From positions 160,001 through 224,000 of the forward strand of contig CAWGKG010000005.1 in assembly GCA_963823035.1 (NCBI GenBank): a stretch of DNA of 64,000 nucleotides, given 5' to 3'. Source of the stretch: an uncultured Gemmatimonadales bacterium (GTDB taxonomy: Bacteria; Gemmatimonadota; Gemmatimonadetes; Longimicrobiales; Gaopeijiaceae). Shown here piece after piece: positions 19,039-27,989 of the stretch (position 1 is the stretch's first letter; every line of letters begins with the position of its first letter). A program made the translations under genes and the position numbers. Under the pieces are notes generated by a model. It did not search any database. It was not told the origin of the DNA and worked only from the letters and a program-made list of their open reading frames with translations.

Positions 19039-20112
19039 TCAGGCCCGGACGGGATGTTCCACGGACGCCTGCCCGAGGAAGATGTCGGTGACGGCTTCGG
19101 GGATCTCCAGGAGGGGCAGGGTATCCACGACGGCTCCGATGTCCACGGCGGCCTTGGGCATTCCATAGACTACGCAGGACTCTTCGTCCTGGGCGATGGT
19201 GTGTGCCCCGGCCTCTCTCATCTCCAGCAGTCCATTCGCTCCGTCGGCGCCCATGCCGGTGAGCATCACCCCGACCGCGTTCGATCCCGCGCAGCGGGCG
19301 AGGGACCGGAACAGCACGTCCACCGAGGGCTTGTGACGGTTCACCGGCGGGCCCGAGCGCACCGAAGCGACGTATCGCGCTCCGCTCCTCTGGACCATGA
19401 GGTGGAAGCCTCCCGGTGCAACCAGGGCGAGGCCCGGCACCAGGATGTCTCCGTCCCTGGCTTCTCGCACAGCCATGGGACACAGGCCGTTGAGACGCTC
19501 GGCGAAGGAGGCCGTAAAGCCGGCGGGCATGTGCTGGACGATGGCGATGCCCGGCGCGTTGGGAGGGAGTCTGGTGAGCACACGCTCGATGGCCTGGGTC
19601 CCTCCCGTGGAGGCCCCGATGCCAAGCAGCTTGTGGGTCGTCGGCAAGGTGGAGGGGAGGGGTGGCGGATCCTGGGGTCCCTCGGTCTCGCCTGCGGCGC
19701 CGACCGGACGTGTTCTCCTTACCCTGGCCACGGCGGCGGCGCGGATGGCCCGCACCAGGCGCCGTCCCACGTCGGGGACGGTGAACTGGGAACCAGGCTT
19801 CGGTATGATCTCCACGGCACCCAACGCCAGGGCGCGGAGTGCGATTTCGCTGTTCTCGGGAGCGAGGGAGCTGACCACGACCACCGGGAGAGGGTGGTGC
19901 TTCATCAACTTGGCCAGAAAGGAGATGCCGTCCATGCGGGGCATCTCCACATCCAGGGTCAGCACATCGGGCTGCAGCTCCTGGATGCGCTCTCTGGCCA
20001 TGTAGGGATCCACCGCGGTACCTACGACCTCGATGTCCGGGAACTTGGACAACTCCTCGCTGAGCACCTTTCGAACCAAAGCGGAGTCGTCCACCACCAA
20101 CACGCGAATCAT
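19039..20112 (-). CDS. cheB: Chemotaxis methylesterase CheB
   Basis: REC domain (VLVVDDS, LDVEMP) plus GASTGG, VQHMP, HKPSVDVLF, LTGMGADGA. Confidence 0.97.
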   Translation of the reverse strand: MIRVLVVDDSALVRKVLSEELSKFPDIEVVGTAVDPYMARERIQELQPDVLTLDVEMPRMDGISFLAKLMKHHPLPVVVVSSLAPENSEIALRALALGAVEIIPKPGSQFTVPDVGRRLVRAIRAAAVARVRRTRPVGAAGETEGPQDPPPLPSTLPTTHKLLGIGASTGGTQAIERVLTRLPPNAPGIAIVQHMPAGFTASFAERLNGLCPMAVREARDGDILVPGLALVAPGGFHLMVQRSGARYVASVRSGPPVNRHKPSVDVLFRSLARCAGSNAVGVMLTGMGADGANGLLEMREAGAHTIAQDEESCVVYGMPKAAVDIGAVVDTLPLLEIPEAVTDIFLGQASVEHPVRA

Positions 20113-20131
20113 CAGGTTGGCTCCTTTCAGG

Positions 20132-20584
20132 TCAGGCGTATTGCCGGAGGACGACTTCGACACGTCCCTCTCCGACGCCGAGCAGGCACGCGGCGAGGGT
20201 GTCGTCATCGAGGGGCCGTCGAAGCATGGGCGCGGTGGTCGTCTCCGGTGCGGACAGGTCGAAGACCGCTCGCATTCCGGAGACCGCGGGAAGGACGTTG
20301 CCGCATACGACGTTGGCCAGCTCGCCCAGGGCCTCCAGGGAGAGCTCGGGCGGAGGGGGTCCGTCGCATCCCAACATGTTCGCGGCGAGTTCGGGCAGGA
20401 CCGGCCCGAACACTTCGATTTCCAGCGCGCCCGAAACGGGGCCCCGGAATCGTACGCGGCACGAGCCCTCCAGCACCGCGGCGCCCTGGTCTTCGCTCAC
20501 CTCGTCGTCGGGCAGCAGGAAGGCCAGGTGCTCAAAAGTCGAACTCACCGCCTGTTGCAGTGCCGACTTCATGTTCGAGTCCAT
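20132..20584 (-). CDS. cheX: CheX-like phosphatase
   Basis: EALGELANVVCGN (ExxN motif); operon context. Confidence 0.85.
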   Translation of the reverse strand: MDSNMKSALQQAVSSTFEHLAFLLPDDEVSEDQGAAVLEGSCRVRFRGPVSGALEIEVFGPVLPELAANMLGCDGPPPPELSLEALGELANVVCGNVLPAVSGMRAVFDLSAPETTTAPMLRRPLDDDTLAACLLGVGEGRVEVVLRQYA

Positions 20585-20960
20585 CTTCGACTCCTGTGAT
20601 CTCGAGTACCATCTCGCGGATCATCTCGGGTGTGAACGGCTTGTGGACGAATCGTGCCCCCTGACGCCGCACCCTACCGATGCGGGTTTCGCTGCTCTCC
20701 GTGGAAACCACGATGATGGCGAGGTCACGGATCTCCGGATCGTCACGAATGCGGTCGATGAGTTCCTCGCCGTTCATGATCGGCATGTTGATGTCGACGA
20801 GGGCGAGGTCCACCCAGTGCTCGGCGAGAACCTCCAGTGCCTCGGTCCCGTTCCCGGCCTGGTGCACCTCCGCCAGAGGCAGGCCACTCATTCTCAGCGT
20901 GCGAATGATCACCGTCCGCATCACCGAGTTGTCGTCGACCACTAGGACGTTGAAGGCCAT
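20532..20960 (-). CDS. cheY: Single-domain response regulator CheY
   Basis: VLVVDDN, DINMPIMNG, VSTES, KPF. Confidence 0.9.
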   Translation of the reverse strand: MAFNVLVVDDNSVMRTVIIRTLRMSGLPLAEVHQAGNGTEALEVLAEHWVDLALVDINMPIMNGEELIDRIRDDPEIRDLAIIVVSTESSETRIGRVRRQGARFVHKPFTPEMIREMVLEITGVEDGLEHEVGTATGGEFDF

Positions 20961-21020
20961 GGGTCATCCATTCCTTACCGTGCTCCGCGGGAACATCCGC
21001 GCATCTGCGCGGAGCGCCCA

Positions 21021-21530
21021 TCAGAGCTGGGTTCTCTCTCCGCTCGAGGTGATCGTGACCTCACCTGTCGATACGTCCAGGTGGACCGTACGGGACCTGT
21101 TGCCCCCGAGGTCCTCTGCCTTGAGCAGGACCCCGTTCTTCCAGAGGAGCTTCTTGAACTCGATGATGTTGCGCTTGCCGATCTGAAAGCTGTCCCGTCG
21201 GCCCTCCGGGGTAGCGCTGGCTCCTCCAGCGACCTTCACCACGATGCGGCCCTTTTGTGCTCCCATTCGGTACGCTCCCTTGAACAGGGCCGTCATACCG
21301 GAATCCACGAAGCGTGCGTGACGCGCCGCGCCTTGGCTGCGGTCGGCAGTGATGGTCGGGAGCATTGCGTGGAGCATGCCGGCCACGCCGGCCACGGGAT
21401 CGTGGATGCACACACCCAGGCAGCTCCCGAGTGCGTAGGTGACGAGGACGACGCCCGGCTGGTTGGACAGAGCCATGTCGCCGACCCCCACCACCACCCG
21501 TGTCGCCTCACCCGCCGCGGTCGAATTCAT
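21021..21530 (-). CDS. cheD: Chemoreceptor glutamine deamidase CheD
   Basis: TYALGSCLGV, GMLHAMLP, KVAGGA, IGKRN, EDLGG..SRT. Confidence 0.95.
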   Translation of the reverse strand: MNSTAAGEATRVVVGVGDMALSNQPGVVLVTYALGSCLGVCIHDPVAGVAGMLHAMLPTITADRSQGAARHARFVDSGMTALFKGAYRMGAQKGRIVVKVAGGASATPEGRRDSFQIGKRNIIEFKKLLWKNGVLLKAEDLGGNRSRTVHLDVSTGEVTITSSGERTQL

Positions 21531-22360
21531 CGCAGGTACACGGCAGGTTGAACGTACTCCAGCTCATGGCTCATGCCGTTGAGGCTCTCGGAATGCCCTA
21601 CCAGGAGATGGCCTCCAGGACGGAGTAGCTCCCGAAAGCGCCTGACGAGCGTCTCCCGGGTCGGCCGGTCGAAGTAGATCATCACGTTCCGGCACAGAAT
21701 GACTTCGAACGGCCCGTTCATGGGCCAGGGGCCCATGAGGTTGAGGGGGCCGAACGTCACCATGTTCCGGATGGTGGCAGCCACTTCATACGTGCGCGGT
21801 CCACGCCCCTGGCTTCCGGGGGCCATGAAGTACCGGTCGCGCATCCGGGGAGGTATCTGCTCCACCAGCTGCTCCGCGTAACGGCCTTCCCGCGCGCTGG
21901 CCAGGACGGTGGTGCTCAGGTCCGTGGCGAGGATCCGTACGTCACGACGCGAAACGTCCTTGACGACCTCGTGGATGAGCATGGCCACCGAGTATGGCTC
22001 TTCGCCGGACGAACACCCGGCACTCCATATACGCAGCGGGCCGCCTCGCTCCATCCACTGGGGGAGGGCGACGGTCCGCAGGTATTCGAAGTGGGGGAGC
22101 TCACGGAAGAAGCTGGTCTTGTTGGTGGTGAGAATGTCCACCATGTGACCCAACTCCTCCCCGCCATCCTCGCTCTCGACGTGGTCCACATACTGGTCCA
22201 CGCTGTCGTGGCCCAGAATCCGCATGCGCTTGGCGATGCGAGCCCGCACCAGCTCCCTCTTGCCCGTCGTGAGGTTCACGCCCGAGATCTCGTACATCAT
22301 CCGGCTTACGCGGTCGAACGCCTGCCCTTCCAGGTCCGCTTGAGCCCCACGAATCATCAT
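21527..22360 (-). CDS. cheR: Chemotaxis methyltransferase CheR
   Basis: TTNKTSFFRE, IWSAGCSSGEEPYS, ATDLS, ILCRNVMIYF, GHSESL. Confidence 0.97.
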   Translation of the reverse strand: MMIRGAQADLEGQAFDRVSRMMYEISGVNLTTGKRELVRARIAKRMRILGHDSVDQYVDHVESEDGGEELGHMVDILTTNKTSFFRELPHFEYLRTVALPQWMERGGPLRIWSAGCSSGEEPYSVAMLIHEVVKDVSRRDVRILATDLSTTVLASAREGRYAEQLVEQIPPRMRDRYFMAPGSQGRGPRTYEVAATIRNMVTFGPLNLMGPWPMNGPFEVILCRNVMIYFDRPTRETLVRRFRELLRPGGHLLVGHSESLNGMSHELEYVQPAVYLR

Positions 22361-22391
22361 ATCACCTCGGCAGGCGGCTTGAGGGAGACCC

Positions 22392-22883
22392 TCAGGCCGC
22401 GATGCCCTGGAGTTCGACCGCTGGAAACACCCGTCCGATCTCGAGGAGCAGGATCACGCGGTTGCCCGACTTGCCGATGCCCAGGATGTAGTCGGTGTTG
22501 ATCTCGTTGCCCAGCACCGGGGCGTCCACGATGTCCTGGTTCATGATGTCCATGACCTCGGACACCTTGTCCACGATGATGCCCAACTGGGCGCCGCCCG
22601 TGTGCACGACGATGATGCAACTCTCGTCGGTGGCGTCGATGCCCGGCATGTCGAACTTGAGTCTCAGGTCCACTACCGGAATGACCTGGCCCCTCAGGTT
22701 GACCACGCCCTGCACGTAGTAGGGGGTCTGGGGAACCGGCGTGACAGGCAGCAGCCCGATGATCTCACGCACCGAGAGGATCTCGATGCCGTACTCCTCC
22801 TGATCCAGGAAGAAGGTCAGGAACTTGCCGCCCCTCTCCGACTGGCTGACGCCGGCTTCGGCGGTCCTGGTTGCGTTGCTCAT
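22392..22883 (-). CDS. cheW: Chemotaxis coupling protein CheW
   Basis: FLTFFL..EEYGIEI..VREI, GVVNLRGQVIPVVDLR. Confidence 0.95.
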   Translation of the reverse strand: MSNATRTAEAGVSQSERGGKFLTFFLDQEEYGIEILSVREIIGLLPVTPVPQTPYYVQGVVNLRGQVIPVVDLRLKFDMPGIDATDESCIIVVHTGGAQLGIIVDKVSEVMDIMNQDIVDAPVLGNEINTDYILGIGKSGNRVILLLEIGRVFPAVELQGIAA

Positions 22884-22995
22884 GGGAACATCCTCTCCGA
22901 ACAGGCCCGGGGGTGGCTGACCCGCCACGCGGGGAGACGTCGGGCTCGAGTGGGTGGGTGGGCCCCGCCGGACCGTCCGGCGGGGCTCCTCGCGA

Positions 22996-25611
22996 TCAGA
23001 ACTCGCCGAGCGACGAATCGTCGTCGTCGAAGGGGATGAGTCGGCTCGGGCCATGGCCGTTGCCGTTGCCGTTGCCGACCCCGGCCTTCTGCTTCACGCG
23101 GCCACCGGCAGCCCCGCTCCATGCGGGAGCAACTGCGATCTTCGAGGCTCTGCGGGCCGGACGGCCCTTGGAGGCGCCCCCGCGGCCGGACCCCGACCCC
23201 TGGGCTCCGGAGATGACGTACGAACCCACCAGCTGACGCAGCTCTTCGGCCTGGGACGTGAGCTCCTCGGAAGCGCTGGAGCTCTCCTCGGCATTGGCCG
23301 CGGTCTGCTGTGTAACCTGGTTCATCTGCTCGACGGCCACGTTGATCTGGGTCACGCCTTCGCTCTGCTGGTCGGCGGCGGCAGCGATCTCGTCCATCAC
23401 CTCGCTGACCTGCACCACCTGCTTCTGGATGTCGGCCAGGTTCCCCAGCACCTCGGCGTTGAGCGCCACGCCACCGTTGGCGTTGGTAACGCTCTCCTCG
23501 ATGAGCCGAGCCGTGTTCTTGGCGGCCTCGGCGCTGCGCATGGCCAGGTTGCGGACTTCTTCCGCGACCACCGCGAAGCCCTTGCCCGCGTCGCCGGCCC
23601 GCGCCGCTTCCACGGCCGCGTTCAACGCCAGCAGGTTGGTCTGGAAAGCGATCTCGTCGATGGTCTTGACGATCTTGGCGGTCTCGTCGGAGCTCGACTT
23701 GATCCGCTCGACTGCCTCGGAAAGGCGGCGCATGGAGTCCAGCCCCTTGTCCGTTCCCGACCGAGCGCCGTCGCTGAGGGCCTTGGCCTCCCGGGCGTTA
23801 CCTGCGGCCTGGTCGGACGAGGAGCTCAACTCCTGCAGGCTGGACGAGACCTCCTCCAGCGTGGACGCCTGCTCCGACGTGCCCTGGGCCAAAGCCTGGG
23901 AGCCGGCACTGATCTCGTCCGCTGCACCGGCGACCTGATCGGAGGCGCTGGACACCTGGGCGAGGCCCTGGTCCAGGTTCTCGACAGCGCGGTTCAGCGT
24001 GTCCTTGATCTTGGCGTGGTCGCCCTTGTAGTCGCCCAGCATCCGCGACGTCATGTCTCGATCGGCCACGCGCTCCAGGACTTGGGCGGCTTCCACGATC
24101 GGTTCGATCACGGCGTCCAGGGTCTCGTTGACGCCCTTCACGATGGAGTGGTAGTTGCCTTCGTACCTGGTTGCATCGGCCCGGACCTCCAGCCGTCCCT
24201 CGGTCGCTGCGGCCACCAACTCCTGGATCCCGGTGGTAACCTCCAGCTCCTTGGTGATGTCGACGACAAACTCCATGGCGCCCCAGATTCTGCCGTTGTC
24301 ATCCTTCAGCGGTATGGCGGTGTAGCGAATCGGCAGTTCACCGGAAGGGAGATTGGCGGTGGTGTCACCGGTGCCGAGCCTGTCGGTTTGCATCGCCTGG
24401 CCGGCTCTGCAATTGGCGGTGCGGCAGTGATCGGTCTTCATCAAGTCGTAGCACTTCAGCCCTTTGCATTCCTCCGGCGTCCGCCCCACGGCCGCGGCAG
24501 TGGCCGCATTCAGGTACACGATGTCGTAGGACTTGTCCACGACGATGAGCGGAGTGGGGATCCTGTTCAGGTAATCCGCCTTCTCGTCGGCGCCCCTCAG
24601 GGCGTCGTGCGCATCCTTCTGGGAAGTTTGGATCGAGGTAGCCATGTCCCCCACGGAGGCGGACAACTCACCGATCTCATCGCCCCTGTCCGTCTCGATC
24701 GCCACCCCAAACTCACCCCGAGCAATACTCACGGCCACCTCCCGCAGATGCTTGAGGGGGGGCACGATGGAGCGAGTCAGCGACCAACCGGCGACAAGGA
24801 CCAGGGCCACGGCAATCACGGTGGCCAGGATGATCAGGGTCTTCACGAGCCCTGCCCGGGCCTCCATATCCCGGGTCCTGTCTGCGGCGAAGGCGTCGAT
24901 GAGTGGCTCTGCCGACTGGGTGGCCGCCCTCATGACCTGGTACCGCTCCTCCCGGATGACATCGAGAGCACCCAGTGCGGCGAAGGCCACCTTGTAGTCC
25001 GTGAGACCGGCCCGCATGGCCTCACGACTGGAAGCGCCCAGTCCCGATGCGTCGATGGCCTGCTGGAACGCCGTCATTCCTTCATCGAACTGAGTGAGGT
25101 ACTGCCGGTCACCGCCGAGGAGGTAGTCCTTCTCGTGTTGCCGAAGGGTGAGCATCAGCGTACTCAGATGGTCGTCCTTGGCCTGGGTGACGACGGCCTC
25201 CACTCCATGGATGGCTTTCCGGAGTTCGCCCTGCATCCCCTCTTCCGGGGTGAGGCCTCGGTCGACGTCCATCCCAGCCACCTCGTCGAAGGCACCGACG
25301 TATCCGGCCAACCCCTCGGCGATTCCGTCCACTCTCGAATCTGAGATGCGTTCCCTCAAGCTCTCCACCCTGGTTTCGGCCACGGCGATGAGGGAGTCCA
25401 CCATCCCAACGGACTTGAGTTCCTTCCGTGCGAAGAAGTCCTTCTCCGATCGCCTCGCCTGTAGCATTTCGATCCGGATGTCGACTGCAAGTTGCGTGAG
25501 CTCGCTCTGCTCGTTCAGCGCTTGGAGTCCCCACCAGGCTGTTGCGGACACCGCGATCACAACAGCGCCGGCAATGCCGAAGGCGCCCGACACTTTTCCA
25601 CTTATCTTCAT
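22996..25611 (-). CDS. Methyl-accepting chemotaxis protein (TM-periplasmic sensor-TM-HAMP-PAS-HAMP-signalling domain)
   Basis: [50 protein letters not shown]-like segment with a Cys cluster. Confidence 0.97.
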   Translation of the reverse strand: MKISGKVSGAFGIAGAVVIAVSATAWWGLQALNEQSELTQLAVDIRIEMLQARRSEKDFFARKELKSVGMVDSLIAVAETRVESLRERISDSRVDGIAEGLAGYVGAFDEVAGMDVDRGLTPEEGMQGELRKAIHGVEAVVTQAKDDHLSTLMLTLRQHEKDYLLGGDRQYLTQFDEGMTAFQQAIDASGLGASSREAMRAGLTDYKVAFAALGALDVIREERYQVMRAATQSAEPLIDAFAADRTRDMEARAGLVKTLIILATVIAVALVLVAGWSLTRSIVPPLKHLREVAVSIARGEFGVAIETDRGDEIGELSASVGDMATSIQTSQKDAHDALRGADEKADYLNRIPTPLIVVDKSYDIVYLNAATAAAVGRTPEECKGLKCYDLMKTDHCRTANCRAGQAMQTDRLGTGDTTANLPSGELPIRYTAIPLKDDNGRIWGAMEFVVDITKELEVTTGIQELVAAATEGRLEVRADATRYEGNYHSIVKGVNETLDAVIEPIVEAAQVLERVADRDMTSRMLGDYKGDHAKIKDTLNRAVENLDQGLAQVSSASDQVAGAADEISAGSQALAQGTSEQASTLEEVSSSLQELSSSSDQAAGNAREAKALSDGARSGTDKGLDSMRRLSEAVERIKSSSDETAKIVKTIDEIAFQTNLLALNAAVEAARAGDAGKGFAVVAEEVRNLAMRSAEAAKNTARLIEESVTNANGGVALNAEVLGNLADIQKQVVQVSEVMDEIAAAADQQSEGVTQINVAVEQMNQVTQQTAANAEESSSASEELTSQAEELRQLVGSYVISGAQGSGSGRGGASKGRPARRASKIAVAPAWSGAAGGRVKQKAGVGNGNGNGHGPSRLIPFDDDDSSLGEF

Positions 25612-25902
25612 GGCCTATTCTCCACTCCTGAGTCGATTCTTGGCACTAGGCGTCGGTCTGAACGGCAAAGCCTCAGCGAGAGGCGATTCCGGCGATCGTC
25701 GGGTACGTCTGGATTCGGAGGAGCTTGTGTCGAGCTGCATGTGCGCGGAGCCGCTGAGCCACCACACGAGGGCACTAGCTATTCCTGGTCTCATTCAGTC
25801 GACCGACAGAAACGGAACTCAAGCTCAGACGTTGATTGGCGGCGACCGTCTCCCATCGCACATCACCGGTTCCGGCCCAATCCATGTCTGGGACAGGATC
25901 TA

Positions 25903-25930
25903 GTGTCGGACCTCGAACGTGTGAACTTGA
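25903..25930 (-). promoter_or_regulatory. Sigma28-like promoter for the chemotaxis operon
   Basis: Minus strand TCAAG-N15-TCCGACAC, with the same -35 and spacing as the site before cheA. Confidence 0.5.
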
Positions 25931-25989
25931 ATTCTTCGGCTCCAGGATTGGCAGACGGCTCCGGAGGAAGGCGCCGTTCCGGAGACCTT

Positions 25990-26300
25990 TGGGGACCTGG
26001 GCACACCGCGGTACCGAGAACCTGCACCAGGCGCTGGGGGGCGCGCCCCTGGAGCTCACGTCCTCAGGATGGGGCGGCTACCTGACCATCCCCATGGGGT
26101 CCTTGGCGCTGAACGGAGAGGCGTGGACGGGGTGGGATCTGGACGACTACCGAGGTGACGTCGCCCAGGAGATCCGTGTCGGGAACACCACGGCCAACAC
26201 GGTGCGGAGTAGCGGAGGGTGGGCCGAGTTGTCCTGGGAAGGGAGCAGCGGAAGGGTCCCGGTCGGTTCGGTGTGGACGACCCCACCGACTCGGAAGGCC
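25990..26300 (+). pseudogene. Remnant of a DcaP-like outer membrane porin
   Basis: LALNGEAWTGWDLDDYRG...SSGGWAELSW, and in another frame FGVDDP. Beta-barrel-like alternation; no start; frameshifted. Confidence 0.45.
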
Positions 26301-26327
26301 GCACGTCCGGGGTGGACCTGCGCGCGG

Positions 26328-26492
26328 CTACTCGAAGAACGGGCAGCTCTTGCCCGCCACGCGCCTCCCACAGGAGTAGCTGGTGGCGCTGCACCGATCG
26401 CATCCATGCCGGCCTCGGAACGAGATGACCAGGAAGAGGCCGAGGGGCACGAGGACGAGGGGGATGGCGGGTAGTAGCAGCAATGCGAACAT
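26328..26492 (-). CDS. Small (54 aa) single-TM protein with four-Cys tail (absent from the ORF track)
   Basis: MFALLLLPAIPLVLVPLGLFLVISFRGRHGCDRCSATSYSCGRRVAGKSCPFFE*, preceded by GGAGAGG. Confidence 0.6.
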   Translation of the reverse strand: MFALLLLPAIPLVLVPLGLFLVISFRGRHGCDRCSATSYSCGRRVAGKSCPFFE

Positions 26493-26582
26493 ATGCCTCT
26501 CCGAGCCCAGGGGCTCTTCGAAGGGGTGCCGCCGACGCGCTCTTGGCGGAAGATACTATCCTAAACATAGCGTAGGTGGACG

Positions 26583-27401
26583 ATGCGTCGCTGGATGCGG
26601 TTCCTGCGCGGCCTGCTGTCGCGACCGCCACTGGGCGTCTCCGTCCGGCTGCCGACCGAGCCGGTGCCCCCCGGTTGGCCCGGGCTCGTGGCCGATCGGG
26701 TGCCGCTCGCGTCCCGCCTTCCTGCACTCGACCGTGACCGGCTCCACCGGCTGATGCAGCTCTTTCTCCGCGAGGTCCCCATCGAGGGGTGCGCCGGCCT
26801 CGAAGTGACGGAGGAGATCCGGGTGACGATCGCCGCGCAGGCCTGTCTTCTCCTCCTGAAGATGTCCTACCCGCGGTACACCCGCCTTCGCCGGGTTCTG
26901 GTCTACCCGTCCACGTTCCTTCCGAAGACCGTCGGCCTGTTTCCCTCCGGACAGGTGGTTCGCCCCGACGTGCCCCTCCTCGGCCAGGCGTGGCCCTCCG
27001 GCATCGTCGTCCTCGGCTGGGATGCCGTCCGGCGCGGCACGCTCTCGGCGACCGATGGGCACAACGTCGTGCTGCACGAGTTCGCGCACATGCTCGATGC
27101 CGAAGACGGTCTCATGGACGGCGTCCCGGTCCTAGACTCCGGGTCGGCGTACCGCGCTTGGGCCACGATGCTCGCCACCCGGTTCGCCGAGCACGTGGCC
27201 CACGCGGAACGGGACGAGCCCACCACGCTCGATCCCTATGGCGCCCAGAACCGCGCCGAGTTCTTCGCGGTCGCCACCGAGGCCTTCTTCGAGCGGCCCG
27301 TCGCGCTCCGTGAGGAGCAGCCCGAGCTGTACGACCTGTTGGCGGATTTCTACAAGCTCGACCCGACCTCGCTCGCCCCCCCATCTGGACCGCGCGGCTA
27401 G
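26583..27401 (+). CDS. M90 family (MtfA-like) zinc metallopeptidase
   Basis: IAAQACLL, VLVYP..F, DGHNVVLHEFAH, LDPYGA.N.AEFFAVATEAFFE. Confidence 0.92.
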   Translation: MRRWMRFLRGLLSRPPLGVSVRLPTEPVPPGWPGLVADRVPLASRLPALDRDRLHRLMQLFLREVPIEGCAGLEVTEEIRVTIAAQACLLLLKMSYPRYTRLRRVLVYPSTFLPKTVGLFPSGQVVRPDVPLLGQAWPSGIVVLGWDAVRRGTLSATDGHNVVLHEFAHMLDAEDGLMDGVPVLDSGSAYRAWATMLATRFAEHVAHAERDEPTTLDPYGAQNRAEFFAVATEAFFERPVALREEQPELYDLLADFYKLDPTSLAPPSGPRG

Positions 27402-27468
27402 CGTCGTCCGGGTCGCGCAAGACGTGCGAGGTCGGGGCGAGGTTTGCACCGGAGAGGGCGAGTGCGGC

Positions 27469-27988
27469 TGAGGCCGCCCGCGGGAAGAGGCTACATCCGG
27501 AAACGGTAGCTCGGCCTCACGAACGGAGCGGCACACCTTGCACCATCCTCCGCCGTGGGCGAGGATGGCCAGGAGAGTAGGTGTGGCAGTCTCTCATCCC
27601 GCTGTGGGACGCCGGCTCATGGGATTCAGCCGGCGGCCCGGGCCAGGGAAGGTCTCGAGGTGGTGTGACGGAGTGGATCGGCGTGTGGGTGGGTGGAGGG
27701 GGCCGGTATTGGGTCCGTTGCAGGCCGCGAGGGTGAGCTCGTTGCCCCTCGCCACGGAGCCAGCCGGGCGGGCGATATCGCCCGTCCGGCATGCCGGTCG
27801 TCGGCGTGGCCTGCCATCCTGCACCCCCACCGTCGCGGCGCGAGGGCACCGATCCGCCCGCGCCTCGAGGTCCGTCCATTCCAACGCGTGGAACTCCCCC
27901 CCTTTCACACGTTTGCCGTTCATAGATGTACGCCGGCGATCGAGGGATCGCGGGCACGCCGTCCGTCCTCATATCGAGGAGGTACATC
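27469..27988 (+). other. Candidate structured cis-regulatory RNA leader of susC
   Basis: Many nested inverted repeats (see findings); the last domain sequesters the GAGGAGG SD. I recognise no known family. Confidence 0.4.
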
Positions 27989-27989
27989 G

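Noticed and set aside
16291..20664. 1457-aa plus-strand ORF
   Set aside because: Antisense shadow of cheA/cheB/cheX in high-GC DNA; no motifs.
23059..23077. GTTGCC x3 microsatellite
   Set aside because: It simply encodes GNGNGN in the MCP linker.
25620..25800. c-di-GMP-I riboswitch before the MCP
   Set aside because: The GGCAAA word is on the wrong strand and the rest of the motif is absent.
27440..27660. Known riboswitch or ribozyme (glycine GGAGAG/CTCTCA, cobalamin GGGAAG, c-di-GMP-II, c-di-AMP GCTGAATCC, hammerhead CTGA/GAAA)
   Set aside because: Only isolated words match; the core consensus elements and their order are missing.
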